In this document: positions 1 to 8,498 of the stretch, one piece after another
How the letters are laid out: each line of letters begins with the position of its first letter
How positions within the stretch are numbered: position 1 is the stretch's first letter
Origin: Hyperthermus butylicus DSM 5456
GTDB taxonomy: Archaea > Thermoproteota > Thermoprotei_A > Sulfolobales > Pyrodictiaceae
Direction of reading: 5' to 3'
Assembly: GCF_000015145.1 (NCBI RefSeq)
Contig: NC_008818.1
Coordinates: forward strand, 150,001-182,000
DNA length: 32,000 nt
Notes under the pieces: generated by a model
The model's database searches: none
Told to the model about the DNA's origin: nothing
Seen by the model: only the letters and a program-made list of their open reading frames with translations
Made by a program: the position numbers and the translations under genes

Positions 1-1413
1 ATAGGTTGCACCCCACTTGTGTATGTTCTCGCCGAGCCATCTGCGCAGCTCTGCTAGCCTCAGCTCTCGCAGCAGCTCCTGGCTGCGGCTCCACAGAGTT
101 CTCCATATCATTGCTGCTATCACGTTGCCTAGCGTGTAGGTTGGGAAGTAGCCTATACTCCCGTGGCTCCAGTGTATATCCTGTAGCACGCCCTCAGCAG
201 CATTGCGCGGCCTTACGCCCAGCAGCTCCTCCATCATGTCGTCCCACACCTGGGGCACCTCGTCAACGTTTAGGCTCTGCTCTATCAGCTTCTTCTCTAT
301 CGTGAACCTGAGGTAGATGTGGAGGTTATAGGTTACCTCGTCGGCGTCAACCCTTATGAGGCCCGGCTTCACAGTGTTAACATACCTATATAGCTCTAGG
401 AGGGTGTAGTCCCTAGTGTAGCCTATCGTTTTGTCCATCCTCTCTTTGAGCCATGGTATGAACCAGGGGCCACGTCCAACTATGTTCTCCCAGAACCTGG
501 ACTGGCTCTCGTGCACACCCATGCTGACACCGTGGCCTATTGGTGTGCGTGCTATCCTCGGGTCTATCTGTAGCTCGTAGAGGGCGTGGCCATACTCGTG
601 CACGAGGCTATACACAGCCCTCTTGATGTCATAGCCCTCGTAGCGCACTGTTATTCTAACATCGTTCATGCCTAGCTCTATGGTGAATGGGTGAGCTGAC
701 TCATCGAGCCTGCCACGATCCCATGGCCACTCAAAGCCGTTAAGTATTGATTTGAGGAGCTCCCTCGCCCTGGCCACATCGTACTTTGCCTCTTCGAGAG
801 GGTGATTCTGCGGGTAGAAGCCGCCGCTCAGCACCTTCTCCAGGATCCTTTTGGTTGCGGGGACTAGCTCGGAGAAGATGGCTTCCATGTCGCGTGTCCT
901 TAGTCCCTCTTCGTAGAGGTCTAGGAGCGCGTCGTAGGGGTGCTCCTCGTAGCCTAACCGTTCAGCCTTCTCCCTCTGTATCTCGACGATCTCCTTTAGA
1001 TATGGCTCGAACATCTTGAAGTCAGCCTTCTTCTTGGCCTCCCTCCAGACCACCGTAGCTTCGCTTGATACCTTTGCCTCCCTCCTAGCTAGCTCCTCCG
1101 GTATGAGCTTCACAATGCGGAGCATCCTCTTCATAACCCTTACAACGCCGCGCTCGTAGTCGTTTAGCTGGTCTAGCCTCTCATTAGCCTTCTCCACAAG
1201 CTTCTCAAGCTCCGGATCCCTGCTGAGCCTATGGAGGAGGCCCTCAAGCTCCTCGAACGCTACTGAGCGGTCCTCTACGCCGCGCGGGGGCATGTATGTC
1301 TCCAGATCCCAGCTCATGAGGCTTAGGGCGTGCTTGAGTGCCCAGAGGACGCGGGTCTTCTCAATTATCTTCTTGACGATCTCGTCCTGGAAGAGATGGG
1401 TCTGCTCGGACAA
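1..1413 (-). CDS. M32 family (Taq-type) metallocarboxypeptidase, partial; C-terminus runs off the left window edge
   Basis: Absent from the ORF track because it is open at the edge. Reverse-strand translation from TTG 1413 gives LSEQTHLFQDEIVKKIIEKTRVLWALKHALSLMSWDLETYMPPRG. It carries the zinc motif AVYSLVHEYGHALYE (~586-620) and the family signature GVHESQSRFWEN (~481-520), all in one frame. The + strand track ORFs here are Arg/Ser/Ala-rich antisense artefacts. Confidence 0.9.
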   Translation of the reverse strand, partial: MSEQTHLFQDEIVKKIIEKTRVLWALKHALSLMSWDLETYMPPRGVEDRSVAFEELEGLLHRLSRDPELEKLVEKANERLDQLNDYERGVVRVMKRMLRIVKLIPEELARREAKVSSEATVVWREAKKKADFKMFEPYLKEIVEIQREKAERLGYEEHPYDALLDLYEEGLRTRDMEAIFSELVPATKRILEKVLSGGFYPQNHPLEEAKYDVARARELLKSILNGFEWPWDRGRLDESAHPFTIELGMNDVRITVRYEGYDIKRAVYSLVHEYGHALYELQIDPRIARTPIGHGVSMGVHESQSRFWENIVGRGPWFIPWLKERMDKTIGYTRDYTLLELYRYVNTVKPGLIRVDADEVTYNLHIYLRFTIEKKLIEQSLNVDEVPQVWDDMMEELLGVRPRNAAEGVLQDIHWSHGSIGYFPTYTLGNVIAAMIWRTLWSRSQELLRELRLAELRRWLGENIHKWGATY

Positions 1414-1524
1414 AGGGGGTCTCCTCCGCTCGTTCCCGGGCTGGGCCTTGTGGGTTTTTGGTGTTTCCGCGACAGGTATTAGATGGGTTGCAGAAGCCTA
1501 GGTCATGCCTAGGTGTAGCAGTAA

Positions 1525-2877
1525 ATGGTTAAGCCTCGTAGGTCACGTAGGCATAGTATCTTACTTGTAGCTGGTGTACTAGCTGTCGTAGTTGGTGTTG
1601 TAGCAATGTTCATGACGTATTTTCGGGGAGGAGGTGGCAGCGCCGAATTCTGCCTGGGTGATGGGCCAGCTGTAGCGGTAGTCTACGTGGATGGCCAGGA
1701 AAAACTTGCAGAAGAGCTCAAAAGGTATCTCGAACTCCAGCTAGCCGGGCATATCAGTGGTGCTAGATACTGTACCATAGAGGCGTCAAAGTTTGGAGAC
1801 GAGTTTAGGGTGTATCCGGTCATACTTGTGAAAGCCCAGAACATTAGCAGCCAGCTCGCCTCAATACTCCTAAACACTACGGTGAAGGATGGCTGGAGGC
1901 CAGTGAGGCTAGACTATACAGCGGCTTTTGCAGCCCAAATAGCAGTACAGCTCGGCGTCAAAGGCCCAGTGTACCGTAATACTGCGACGCTACTCGTAGT
2001 CGACGGCTCTACGCCCTTCACAAAGGTCAATGTCTCGGCCCTTAAGCAGCTAATTATGGAGAACGAGCGGTACCATGTGTTGTTCTCGGCGATATTTACA
2101 GCCAATATAACGGACGTAAAGGTGGTTGAAGAGCCGCCGGATGGTGTAGAACCGGTAGTTAGACCAGCATTTTACGCGGTTTCCCAGGCTGACCTCTCGG
2201 AAGGTGCTCCGGCGCTGCGCGAGGTGGCACCAAGCATCTACGAGACTGACGTCAATATCGCAGCGATGATTGCCGGTAGCCCCGTCCTTGATGCCTTCGA
2301 GTCCCGCGAGCTGCCCAAGGGGCTTGAGGCTCATCCCTCGCTGGGCAGTGGCCCGGTGCACATAGCAATATTCGAGGACTTTGCATGTCCTTACTGTGCG
2401 CTATTCTATAAGACGGTGTTTCCAGGCATAGAGAAGTACATAGAAAACAACACCGTGACATTCCACGTGCTAGACCTGATAATACACAACAACGAGAATG
2501 TGGTTAGGATACACAAGCTCCTCCTCTGCTACTACAATGCTACAGGGAACTCAGAGGTCTACCTCGAGGAGGCTAGGAGGATATACTCGGAGCTAATGAT
2601 ATATGCTAGCGAGCCCGTAACCGGAAACAAGACCTTCTACGATAGGCTGGGAGAGATAGCGGCAGAGCTGGCTTCAAGCCTTAACGCGTCTGCAGACTGT
2701 AGCGCGGCAAGCCTAGTCGATGAATCTACTAGGGAGGCGCTTCGTCTAGGCTTGACGGGCACACCCAGCTTCGCTGTATGGAGCGAGAATAGTAGCACGG
2801 TAATCTACTTCGTTGGCTATAGGCCCCTAGACTACTTCCGCGAGCTAATAACATGGTTTTTAGAGCATAGCCGGTAG
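1525..2877 (+). CDS. Membrane-anchored extracytoplasmic thiol:disulfide oxidoreductase (DsbA/thioredoxin-like C-terminal domain) with unknown N-terminal domain
   Basis: N-terminal basic stretch plus TM helix (ILLVAGVLAVVVGVVAMF). C-terminal domain has the redox motif FACPYCALFYKTVFP (CPYC) and a GTPSF cis-Pro-type loop typical of DsbA-like proteins. Many N-x-S/T sequons suggest an exported glycoprotein. Confidence 0.75.
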   Translation: MVKPRRSRRHSILLVAGVLAVVVGVVAMFMTYFRGGGGSAEFCLGDGPAVAVVYVDGQEKLAEELKRYLELQLAGHISGARYCTIEASKFGDEFRVYPVILVKAQNISSQLASILLNTTVKDGWRPVRLDYTAAFAAQIAVQLGVKGPVYRNTATLLVVDGSTPFTKVNVSALKQLIMENERYHVLFSAIFTANITDVKVVEEPPDGVEPVVRPAFYAVSQADLSEGAPALREVAPSIYETDVNIAAMIAGSPVLDAFESRELPKGLEAHPSLGSGPVHIAIFEDFACPYCALFYKTVFPGIEKYIENNTVTFHVLDLIIHNNENVVRIHKLLLCYYNATGNSEVYLEEARRIYSELMIYASEPVTGNKTFYDRLGEIAAELASSLNASADCSAASLVDESTREALRLGLTGTPSFAVWSENSSTVIYFVGYRPLDYFRELITWFLEHSR

Positions 2878-3001
2878 ACGCCATAGTTTCAGTAGCCCCT
2901 CCTCCAACCTATATCTAGGGGCATAGAGCTGCTTCTAGCTCTAGGAGTGTGTAGCTGCTAGCACACCCAGCATCATACAGGGATAGGGAGGGCCAGGGGG
3001 A

Positions 3002-3655
3002 TTGGTTACCAGGAGACTCGATGACTATCTGCGCCAGCTGGGAACAGCTGTACGTGAGAGACACGTGGACGTAGAGGCGCTAATTCGGAGACTCGTAGAG
3101 GAAGCCGTGGCTGCCAGTAGCTGCAATGGCGCTAGGCTAGACGAGGTCTTGGAGAGGCTCGAAGCTATAGAACGCAGGCTTGACAAGCTGGAGAGGACAC
3201 TAGAGGAGCTAAGGTCGACGGGGCTGCTGACGCGGAGGAATATAGAGGAGCTAGCCCAAGCACTAGCCTCTGCGGTATCAGCTGTACTCAAGCAGGCTCG
3301 GCAGCAGCGCGGTGGAAACGAGCCTCGCTGGGTCAAGCTCATCCTTGAACGGATCGAGGATAGAGGCTACGTATTTCTACATGAGCTTCCGGCAGAAGTT
3401 CGCAGCGGCTTTGACCCCGGGGTTCTGAGATCTAAAGGCCTTATAGTAGAGAGTGTTGGCGGGGATGTGCTCATCGCTAGTAGCAAAACGCTTCAGGAGT
3501 TCTCGGAGGAGCTTTCAAAGCTTAAGACTAGCGATGAGTATGAGGCTGAAATGAAGCTTGGAAAGTATAGAGTGCTATTCCGCATACTGAGAGACGAGGG
3601 TATGGTCTATTACGCAGCTGGCCGTGGCTGGGTGCTCAGGGGTTTAAACCGCTAA
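3002..3655 (+). CDS. Hypothetical protein, N-terminal coiled-coil region, globular C-terminal domain
   Basis: 217-aa ORF (TTG start). Heptad-like LDEVLERLEAIERRLDKLERTLEEL segment. Coding-like composition, whereas the antisense ORF 3025..3342 is Ser/Leu/Ala-rich junk. No recognisable family motif. Confidence 0.55.
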   Translation: MVTRRLDDYLRQLGTAVRERHVDVEALIRRLVEEAVAASSCNGARLDEVLERLEAIERRLDKLERTLEELRSTGLLTRRNIEELAQALASAVSAVLKQARQQRGGNEPRWVKLILERIEDRGYVFLHELPAEVRSGFDPGVLRSKGLIVESVGGDVLIASSKTLQEFSEELSKLKTSDEYEAEMKLGKYRVLFRILRDEGMVYYAAGRGWVLRGLNR

Positions 3656-4182
3656 AGCCAGCCCATAACCCGGCCTGCATGGTAGTACAGTATCCCTATA
3701 ATCGACTTGGCATCCCTTATGACGCCACCACGTATCATTTCAAGAGCTTCCTCGAGTTTCACCCACTCAACCTCTATGAGCTCGTCCTCCTCGAGTTTCT
3801 GCCCCCTCCACCGGAGATCCCCTGCAGCAAATACTACGAGCTTCTCTGTTGAGACACCTGGACTCGTATAGAACTCTACAAGCCTCTTTAGCCAGCCGGG
3901 CTCGTAGCCAGTCTCCTCTACAAGCTCTCTCCTAGCCGTCTCCTCGGGCTCCTCCCCAGGTTCAAGGGTGCCAGCGGGTATCTCGTAGAGCCACTCGCCA
4001 ACAACAGGCCGGTACTGCTTCTCGAGCAGTATCCTTCCATTCTCCTCAGCTACTACAGCTACCGCGCCAGGGTGGAGCAGTGCGTCGAAGGCCTTAACAC
4101 TGCCTTTCACGACGTCGTATATCCGGGCGAGAACGAGTCTACGCCCCCGGCAAAGCTCTTCAACACGTCTTTCAGCTGCCAC
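3652..4182 (-). CDS. Nudix hydrolase, ADP-ribose pyrophosphatase-like
   Basis: Complete Nudix box GTLEPGEEPEETARRELVEETGY (G-x5-E-x7-REUxEExGU). Size of 176 aa is typical of ADPR pyrophosphatases. Confidence 0.85.
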   Translation of the reverse strand: MAAERRVEELCRGRRLVLARIYDVVKGSVKAFDALLHPGAVAVVAEENGRILLEKQYRPVVGEWLYEIPAGTLEPGEEPEETARRELVEETGYEPGWLKRLVEFYTSPGVSTEKLVVFAAGDLRWRGQKLEEDELIEVEWVKLEEALEMIRGGVIRDAKSIIGILYYHAGRVMGWL

Positions 4183-4261
4183 AGTGAAGCACCACGCTTG
4201 TACACAAGCTGTAAGGGCGGTAATTAACTAGGGTGGGGATACCCTGCTTCCGGATTGGGGA

Positions 4262-4831
4262 GTGTGGAAGGGTGTGGTGTCTGTGGTGAGGATACTGGTT
4301 CCATTCCACTTGGCCCGGCTTGGAGACCGTATTGTTGGACTTGACGCGTATTTTTGGGGTCAGCTGAGTGAGCGGTACCGTGTAGTACTACTCGTCCATC
4401 CAGCGGAAAACCTGCTAGACGAGAGAGATGCTACAGGCTGTAAGCTCCCTGTAAACGTTACCTTTGAGGAACAGTTGCGAGACATAGAGGAGGTGTCTGA
4501 GATAAGGACTCCCAGGCCCAAGCTGCCACGGATAGGGCCGGGCAAGAGGCTCCTAACACTACTCATGCCAGCCATGATAATCTACCAAGAGCTAAAGGCG
4601 GCTATGAAGCTCGTGGAGGTTCCAGAGGAGGCCCAGGCGAGGAACCTGGCCAAGATGCTTCGGAACCTGGAGCCGCTAAATGTTCTCGGCTATGCCGTCT
4701 TCGAGAGGCAGGGAGACCTTATACTGCCGGCAAGGGAGGGCACGATGAAGAGAATTTATAGCGAGCTTGCAAGCCGCGACGAGGGCTACCGTCAGGCTTG
4801 TCTAGACGCGATACGCCGCTGCAAAGCCTAG
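4262..4831 (+). CDS. Hypothetical protein
   Basis: 189-aa ORF divergent from the Nudix gene across an A/T-rich TAATTAACTA element (4221-4230). Balanced amino-acid composition; no family motif recognised. Start uncertain (several GTG codons at 4262-4290). Confidence 0.5.
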   Translation: MWKGVVSVVRILVPFHLARLGDRIVGLDAYFWGQLSERYRVVLLVHPAENLLDERDATGCKLPVNVTFEEQLRDIEEVSEIRTPRPKLPRIGPGKRLLTLLMPAMIIYQELKAAMKLVEVPEEAQARNLAKMLRNLEPLNVLGYAVFERQGDLILPAREGTMKRIYSELASRDEGYRQACLDAIRRCKA

Positions 4832-4877
4832 TGTTTGAGGGGTGGGGTCGGCCAGCAGCCCCACTCCTCACACAGGC

Positions 4878-4907
4878 GGCCCGCAGCCCCCGGGCTAGCT
4901 GCGGGCC
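4878..4907 (+). other. GC-rich hairpin (10-bp perfect stem, 10-nt loop) downstream of the 4262..4831 gene
   Basis: GGCCCGCAGC (4878-4887) pairs with GCTGCGGGCC (4898-4907); loop is ccccgggcta. Followed by a short T-containing stretch (cagctttgc). Possible transcript-end or 5'-UTR structure ahead of the ABC binding-protein gene. Confidence 0.35.
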
Positions 4908-5031
4908 TCAGCTTTGCTACATCTCCTCACGCCCCAGCCGTGCCTAGCCTAGTTTCGGGGTCTAATACCTACAGTGTTGCATCAGTGCTTTTAGCCTGGC
5001 CCCCAGGTCCAACCCATATTGGTGGCCTATT

Positions 5032-6141
5032 GTGGCGTATAGGTCTGTTGCACTGATTATCCTCCTTGTGGTGGCGGCGCTGGTAGCCGGTATAGCGATA
5101 GGCTACACGGTTGGCGGCAAGAATGGGATGGCGCCGGCCCAAGAGCAGCCAGTGACACAGCCAGCTGGGCAAGAGCCACAAGCTGGTATGCAGGGGGAGC
5201 CCCAGGTTGTTGAGGAGGCTTTGAGGAGTAGGGTTGTGGTCCTCGTAGATGCTCTCGGGAGGGAGGTGACACTAGCCAGGCCGCCGGAGAGGATTGCGAG
5301 CCTAGCACCCTCGATAACAGAGGTCGTCTGCGCCCTCGGCGCGTGTGATAGGCTAGTTGCAGTGGACAATATTTCAATGTCTATAGTCGAGAGGGAACTT
5401 GGAGCTGAGGCTGTGAAGCTGGTTAGTGTCGGCAGCTTCTGGCAGCCATCAAGCGAGCTAGTATTATCAGCTAATCCAGACATGGTGCTCGCATGTAGCG
5501 GCGTACCGGCCCAGGAGGCTATGGTAGGTCAGCTTGAGGATGCCGACATCAAGGTATTCTTCCTGCGCTGCGACAGGTCGAGGAATATCGGGGACATTTA
5601 CTGGGACATATCGACTCTTGGCGTCATGCTAAACGAAACGGCAAAGGCCAGCGAGATTATCGAGGAGATACAGGCTAGGCTACAGAGTGTAGCAACAGCC
5701 GTAGCCAACGAGACAAGCCCCACGGTAGCCCTTGTCGTCTACATGGATTCCAACGGTGTCTACGTGGCTGGAGGCGGTAACTTCCAGGACAACCTTATAC
5801 AGCTTGCAGGCGGCGTAAACGTATTCGGAGACTACTATGGCTGGCCGATGATTAGCTACGAGGATATTGTGGTCCGCGATCCCGACTACATAGTGGTAAC
5901 AAGTATGGGCACTGCAAACGATACCATAAGCCTCATAAAGTCCACGCTGCTAAGCAAGACCAAGGCGTATAGTGAGGGTCACGTCTGCATAGTGACGGGT
6001 GAGGCTGTTGACGTCCTTAGCAGGCCCTCGGTAAGGATTGCCGATGCAGTGGAGCTGCTAGCATCGATACTACATCCAGACGCTGTGGAACCCCCGAGCA
6101 AGCTGGCAGGCTACATAACTTGCATAGGCGCTGGGGGCTGA
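5032..6141 (+). CDS. ABC transporter substrate-binding protein, BtuF/FhuD-type (iron-chelate or cobalamin class)
   Basis: GTG start and an N-terminal membrane anchor (VALIILLVVAALVAGIAIG), then a Q/P/E-rich linker. The sequence RIASLAPSITEVVCALGACDRLVAVD is characteristic of this periplasmic binding-protein class. Directly followed by a FecCD permease and an ATPase. Confidence 0.8.
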   Translation: MAYRSVALIILLVVAALVAGIAIGYTVGGKNGMAPAQEQPVTQPAGQEPQAGMQGEPQVVEEALRSRVVVLVDALGREVTLARPPERIASLAPSITEVVCALGACDRLVAVDNISMSIVERELGAEAVKLVSVGSFWQPSSELVLSANPDMVLACSGVPAQEAMVGQLEDADIKVFFLRCDRSRNIGDIYWDISTLGVMLNETAKASEIIEEIQARLQSVATAVANETSPTVALVVYMDSNGVYVAGGGNFQDNLIQLAGGVNVFGDYYGWPMISYEDIVVRDPDYIVVTSMGTANDTISLIKSTLLSKTKAYSEGHVCIVTGEAVDVLSRPSVRIADAVELLASILHPDAVEPPSKLAGYITCIGAGG

Positions 6142-6142
6142 G

Positions 6143-7123
6143 GTGGCCACGTCCTTGGCGAGTTTTTTACCACTCACGATAACCTTGCTGCTCTTCCCAC
6201 TCCTTATCCTCGCGAGCCTTGCGGTGGGGCCCGCGGGGCTGGTAAACCCTCTGGATCCGGGAAGCCAGCTCATAGCAAGGCTCCGGCTCATGCGCACCCT
6301 TCTAGCAGTAGGTGTCGGCACTGCCCTGGGTCTCTCCGGGACACTAGTCCAGTACAGCGTGGCCAACCCCCTGGCGAGCCCGAGCATACTTGGAGTCTCA
6401 GCTGGCGCCCTTGCTGCAGCCTCGGCGGCCTACATCGTGTATCGTGGGTCTCCCCCGCCAGCTGCACCGTTGGCAGCGGCTGTAATGGGTGGGCTAGCTG
6501 CGTATGCGTTGACGCTAGCTATAGCTTCGAGGGCGGGGCTCACGAGAGTCTCCATGGTGCTCGCCGGTATAGCGGTCTCGAGCAGCCTCGCTGGCATAGC
6601 CAGTATGCTCGTAATATACATCAATGCACGGTACCATGTGGCATCAGCGCTGTTGCTAATGGGAAGTTTTGCCTATGCGGTCGAGGAGAAAGTGTTAGTA
6701 GCAGCTGTAGCTGCGCTAGTAGCAGCGGCTACAGCGCTAATCCTGGCAAACCCTCTCGACGCTCTCTCATACGGCGACGAGACAGCACTAAGCCTAGGCT
6801 ACAGCCCAGCCAAGATAAGGCTCGCAGCTACAGCAGCCGCGGTAGCAGCTACAGCAGCCACGGTCTACGCCGCCGGGCTCATAGGCTTCGCCGACCTCGT
6901 AGCAGCCAACATAGCCAGGAGCATTGCTGGAAGCCATCCCTCAAGATCGGCGCCAGCCTCGGCGCTGATAGGTGCAGAGATAGCACTAGCAGCAGACATA
7001 GCAGGAAGGCTAGCAGCAACAACCATAAGGCTCGGCGAGATCCCAGCAGGCCTCCTCACAAGCACTGTTGGCGGATTATTCCTTGCCTTCCTCGTAGCGA
7101 GAAAGGCGGGACAGGGATGGTGA
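6143..7123 (+). CDS. ABC transporter permease, FecCD/BtuC family
   Basis: 326-aa polytopic Ala/Leu/Gly-rich membrane protein starting just after the binding-protein stop codon. C-terminal GEIPAGLLTSTVGGLFLAFL resembles the conserved FecCD end segment. Confidence 0.85.
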   Translation: MATSLASFLPLTITLLLFPLLILASLAVGPAGLVNPLDPGSQLIARLRLMRTLLAVGVGTALGLSGTLVQYSVANPLASPSILGVSAGALAAASAAYIVYRGSPPPAAPLAAAVMGGLAAYALTLAIASRAGLTRVSMVLAGIAVSSSLAGIASMLVIYINARYHVASALLLMGSFAYAVEEKVLVAAVAALVAAATALILANPLDALSYGDETALSLGYSPAKIRLAATAAAVAATAATVYAAGLIGFADLVAANIARSIAGSHPSRSAPASALIGAEIALAADIAGRLAATTIRLGEIPAGLLTSTVGGLFLAFLVARKAGQGW

Positions 7124-7126
7124 GAC

Positions 7127-7910
7127 ATGCAGCACGTCCTAGAGGCTGAGAACGTCACAGTAGAGTTCAACGGTAGAATAGTACTCCGGGACATAAACCT
7201 GAAGCTCGAGTCAGGTAAGCTCACGGTAATCCTTGGCCCAAACGGTGCTGGCAAGACAACACTCCTCAAGGACACTAGCCGGGATAATTAAGCCAACCCG
7301 GGGAGTGGTAAAACTCGATGGCAAGCCGGTACATGCGATGAACCCTCGTACCCGGGCAAGACTAATCGCCTACACTCCGGTCGCCCTCGAGGCGCCAGGC
7401 CTAGGCCAAACAGTGGCAGAATACGTGGCTGCGAGCCTCTACCCCTACGGTCACAGCCTCAAAATAGGCCTAACCAGCTACGACCTCCAGGAAGCAATAA
7501 CCCATCTAGGAAAGCTAGAAGCTGAACACCTAGCACAACGGAGACTAGCAACCCTAAGCAGTGGCGAGCAAAAACGCAGCATTATAGCCCACGGCCTCGC
7601 CAGGAGGCCCATAGTGCTACTCGCCGACGAGCCAACAAGCCTACTAGACATGAGGGCCCGGCTACTAGCCTACAGAGTGCTCCGCCTAGAAGCAGAGAAG
7701 GGCCGGATAGTCGTGGCATCAACCCACGACATGCTTCTTGCGGCACTCTATGCAGACCACGTAGTAGTCATAGATAAGGGCGTGGTCGTAGCGCAGGGCA
7801 CAGCGGGAAAAGTACTATCCAGCGAGCTTCTCGAGGCAGTCTTCTCGGTTAAGATAGCAGTAGCAGAAGTGGATGGAAGAACAGTCCCCATACCACTTGA
7901 GCCACTTTAA
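7127..7910 (+). pseudogene. ABC transporter ATP-binding protein (FepC/BtuD-like) interrupted by a 1-nt frameshift just after Walker A
   Basis: From ATG 7127: MQHVLEAENVTVEFNGRIVLRDINLKLESGKLTVILGPNGAGKTTLLKDTSRDN*, with stop at 7289-7291. The +1 frame continues TLAGIIKPTRGVVKLDGKPV...LSSGEQKR...LLADEPTSLLD...H-loop to 7910. Deleting one G at 7270-7271 restores GPNGAGKTTLLKTLAGIIKPTRG. Confidence 0.8.
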
Positions 7911-7940
7911 GCAGTAAGAAACAGGTATTGTAGAAAAGCA

Positions 7941-7958
7941 AAGGTTTTTAGAAACCTT
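7941..7958 (+). terminator. Hairpin with embedded T5 tract after the ABC ATPase gene
   Basis: AAGGTTT ttag AAACCTT: perfect 7-bp stem containing ttttt, 31 nt after the stop at 7910. Archaeal termination typically uses oligo-T tracts. Confidence 0.4.
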
Positions 7959-8132
7959 CTTACCCGTGATTTTCCGAAAGACATGGTAATATATACAAGC
8001 AGTCGAAACGACTTTGTGGGTGTCTACAATGTGAAAGATTTTTAAGTATGTTTAATTGTACAAGAATCTTGGCAGTGGAAGTCACTGCTGTATAGAGTGC
8101 TTGGGTCTAAAGTAAGAGGGTGTAGCATAGTC

Positions 8133-8498
8133 ATGTCAATGCTGCCACAAATCCTATCCTCACTTATAAACGTGCCGGGTGTAGTAGGCGTATTCATTAT
8201 AAGCAAGGATGGCTTTGTAATAGACAAAGCTACATCGAGTGTCCTCAACATCGACGATGATGTGTTGGCAGCAATGATAACAACAGCCTATGGTTCGGTA
8301 ATACAGCCCGGTGCAGAACTACACATTGGCGAGCCAGAAATAGTGACCATGGAGTACAGTAACCACTACGTGCTAATAGTTGATGCTGGCGAATACATCC
8401 TAGCACTCCTAGCAGACCGTGGCCGCGCAATACTCGGCAGGCTACGCTACGAGCTACGCCGTCAAGCAGAGTCAATCCGAATGGCTGCACGTACATAA
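8133..8498 (+). CDS. Roadblock/LC7 (MglB-like) domain protein
   Basis: MSMLPQILSSLINVPGVVGVFIISKDGFVIDKA...DDDVLAAMITTAYGSV...EIVTMEYSNHYVLIVDAGEYILALLAD matches the Roadblock/LC7 pattern. The track ORF starts at 8097; ATG 8133 or 8139 fits the domain start better. Visibly lower GC than neighbouring genes. Confidence 0.75.
   Translation: MSMLPQILSSLINVPGVVGVFIISKDGFVIDKATSSVLNIDDDVLAAMITTAYGSVIQPGAELHIGEPEIVTMEYSNHYVLIVDAGEYILALLADRGRAILGRLRYELRRQAESIRMAART

Noticed and set aside
6-1501. Track ORFs 6..305, 786..1019 and 1292..1501 on the + strand
   Set aside because: All lie antisense to the clearly identifiable M32 carboxypeptidase frame (HEYGH and HESQSRFWEN motifs). They have Arg/Ser/Ala/Pro-rich compositions typical of wrong-strand frames in GC-rich DNA.
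4835-5056. Intergenic-spanning track ORFs (4835..5056 +, 10811..11146 -, 13606..13821 +)
   Set aside because: Each bridges a promoter or spacer region into the start of a neighbouring real gene. They have Pro/Arg/Ser/Gly-biased composition and no motifs.
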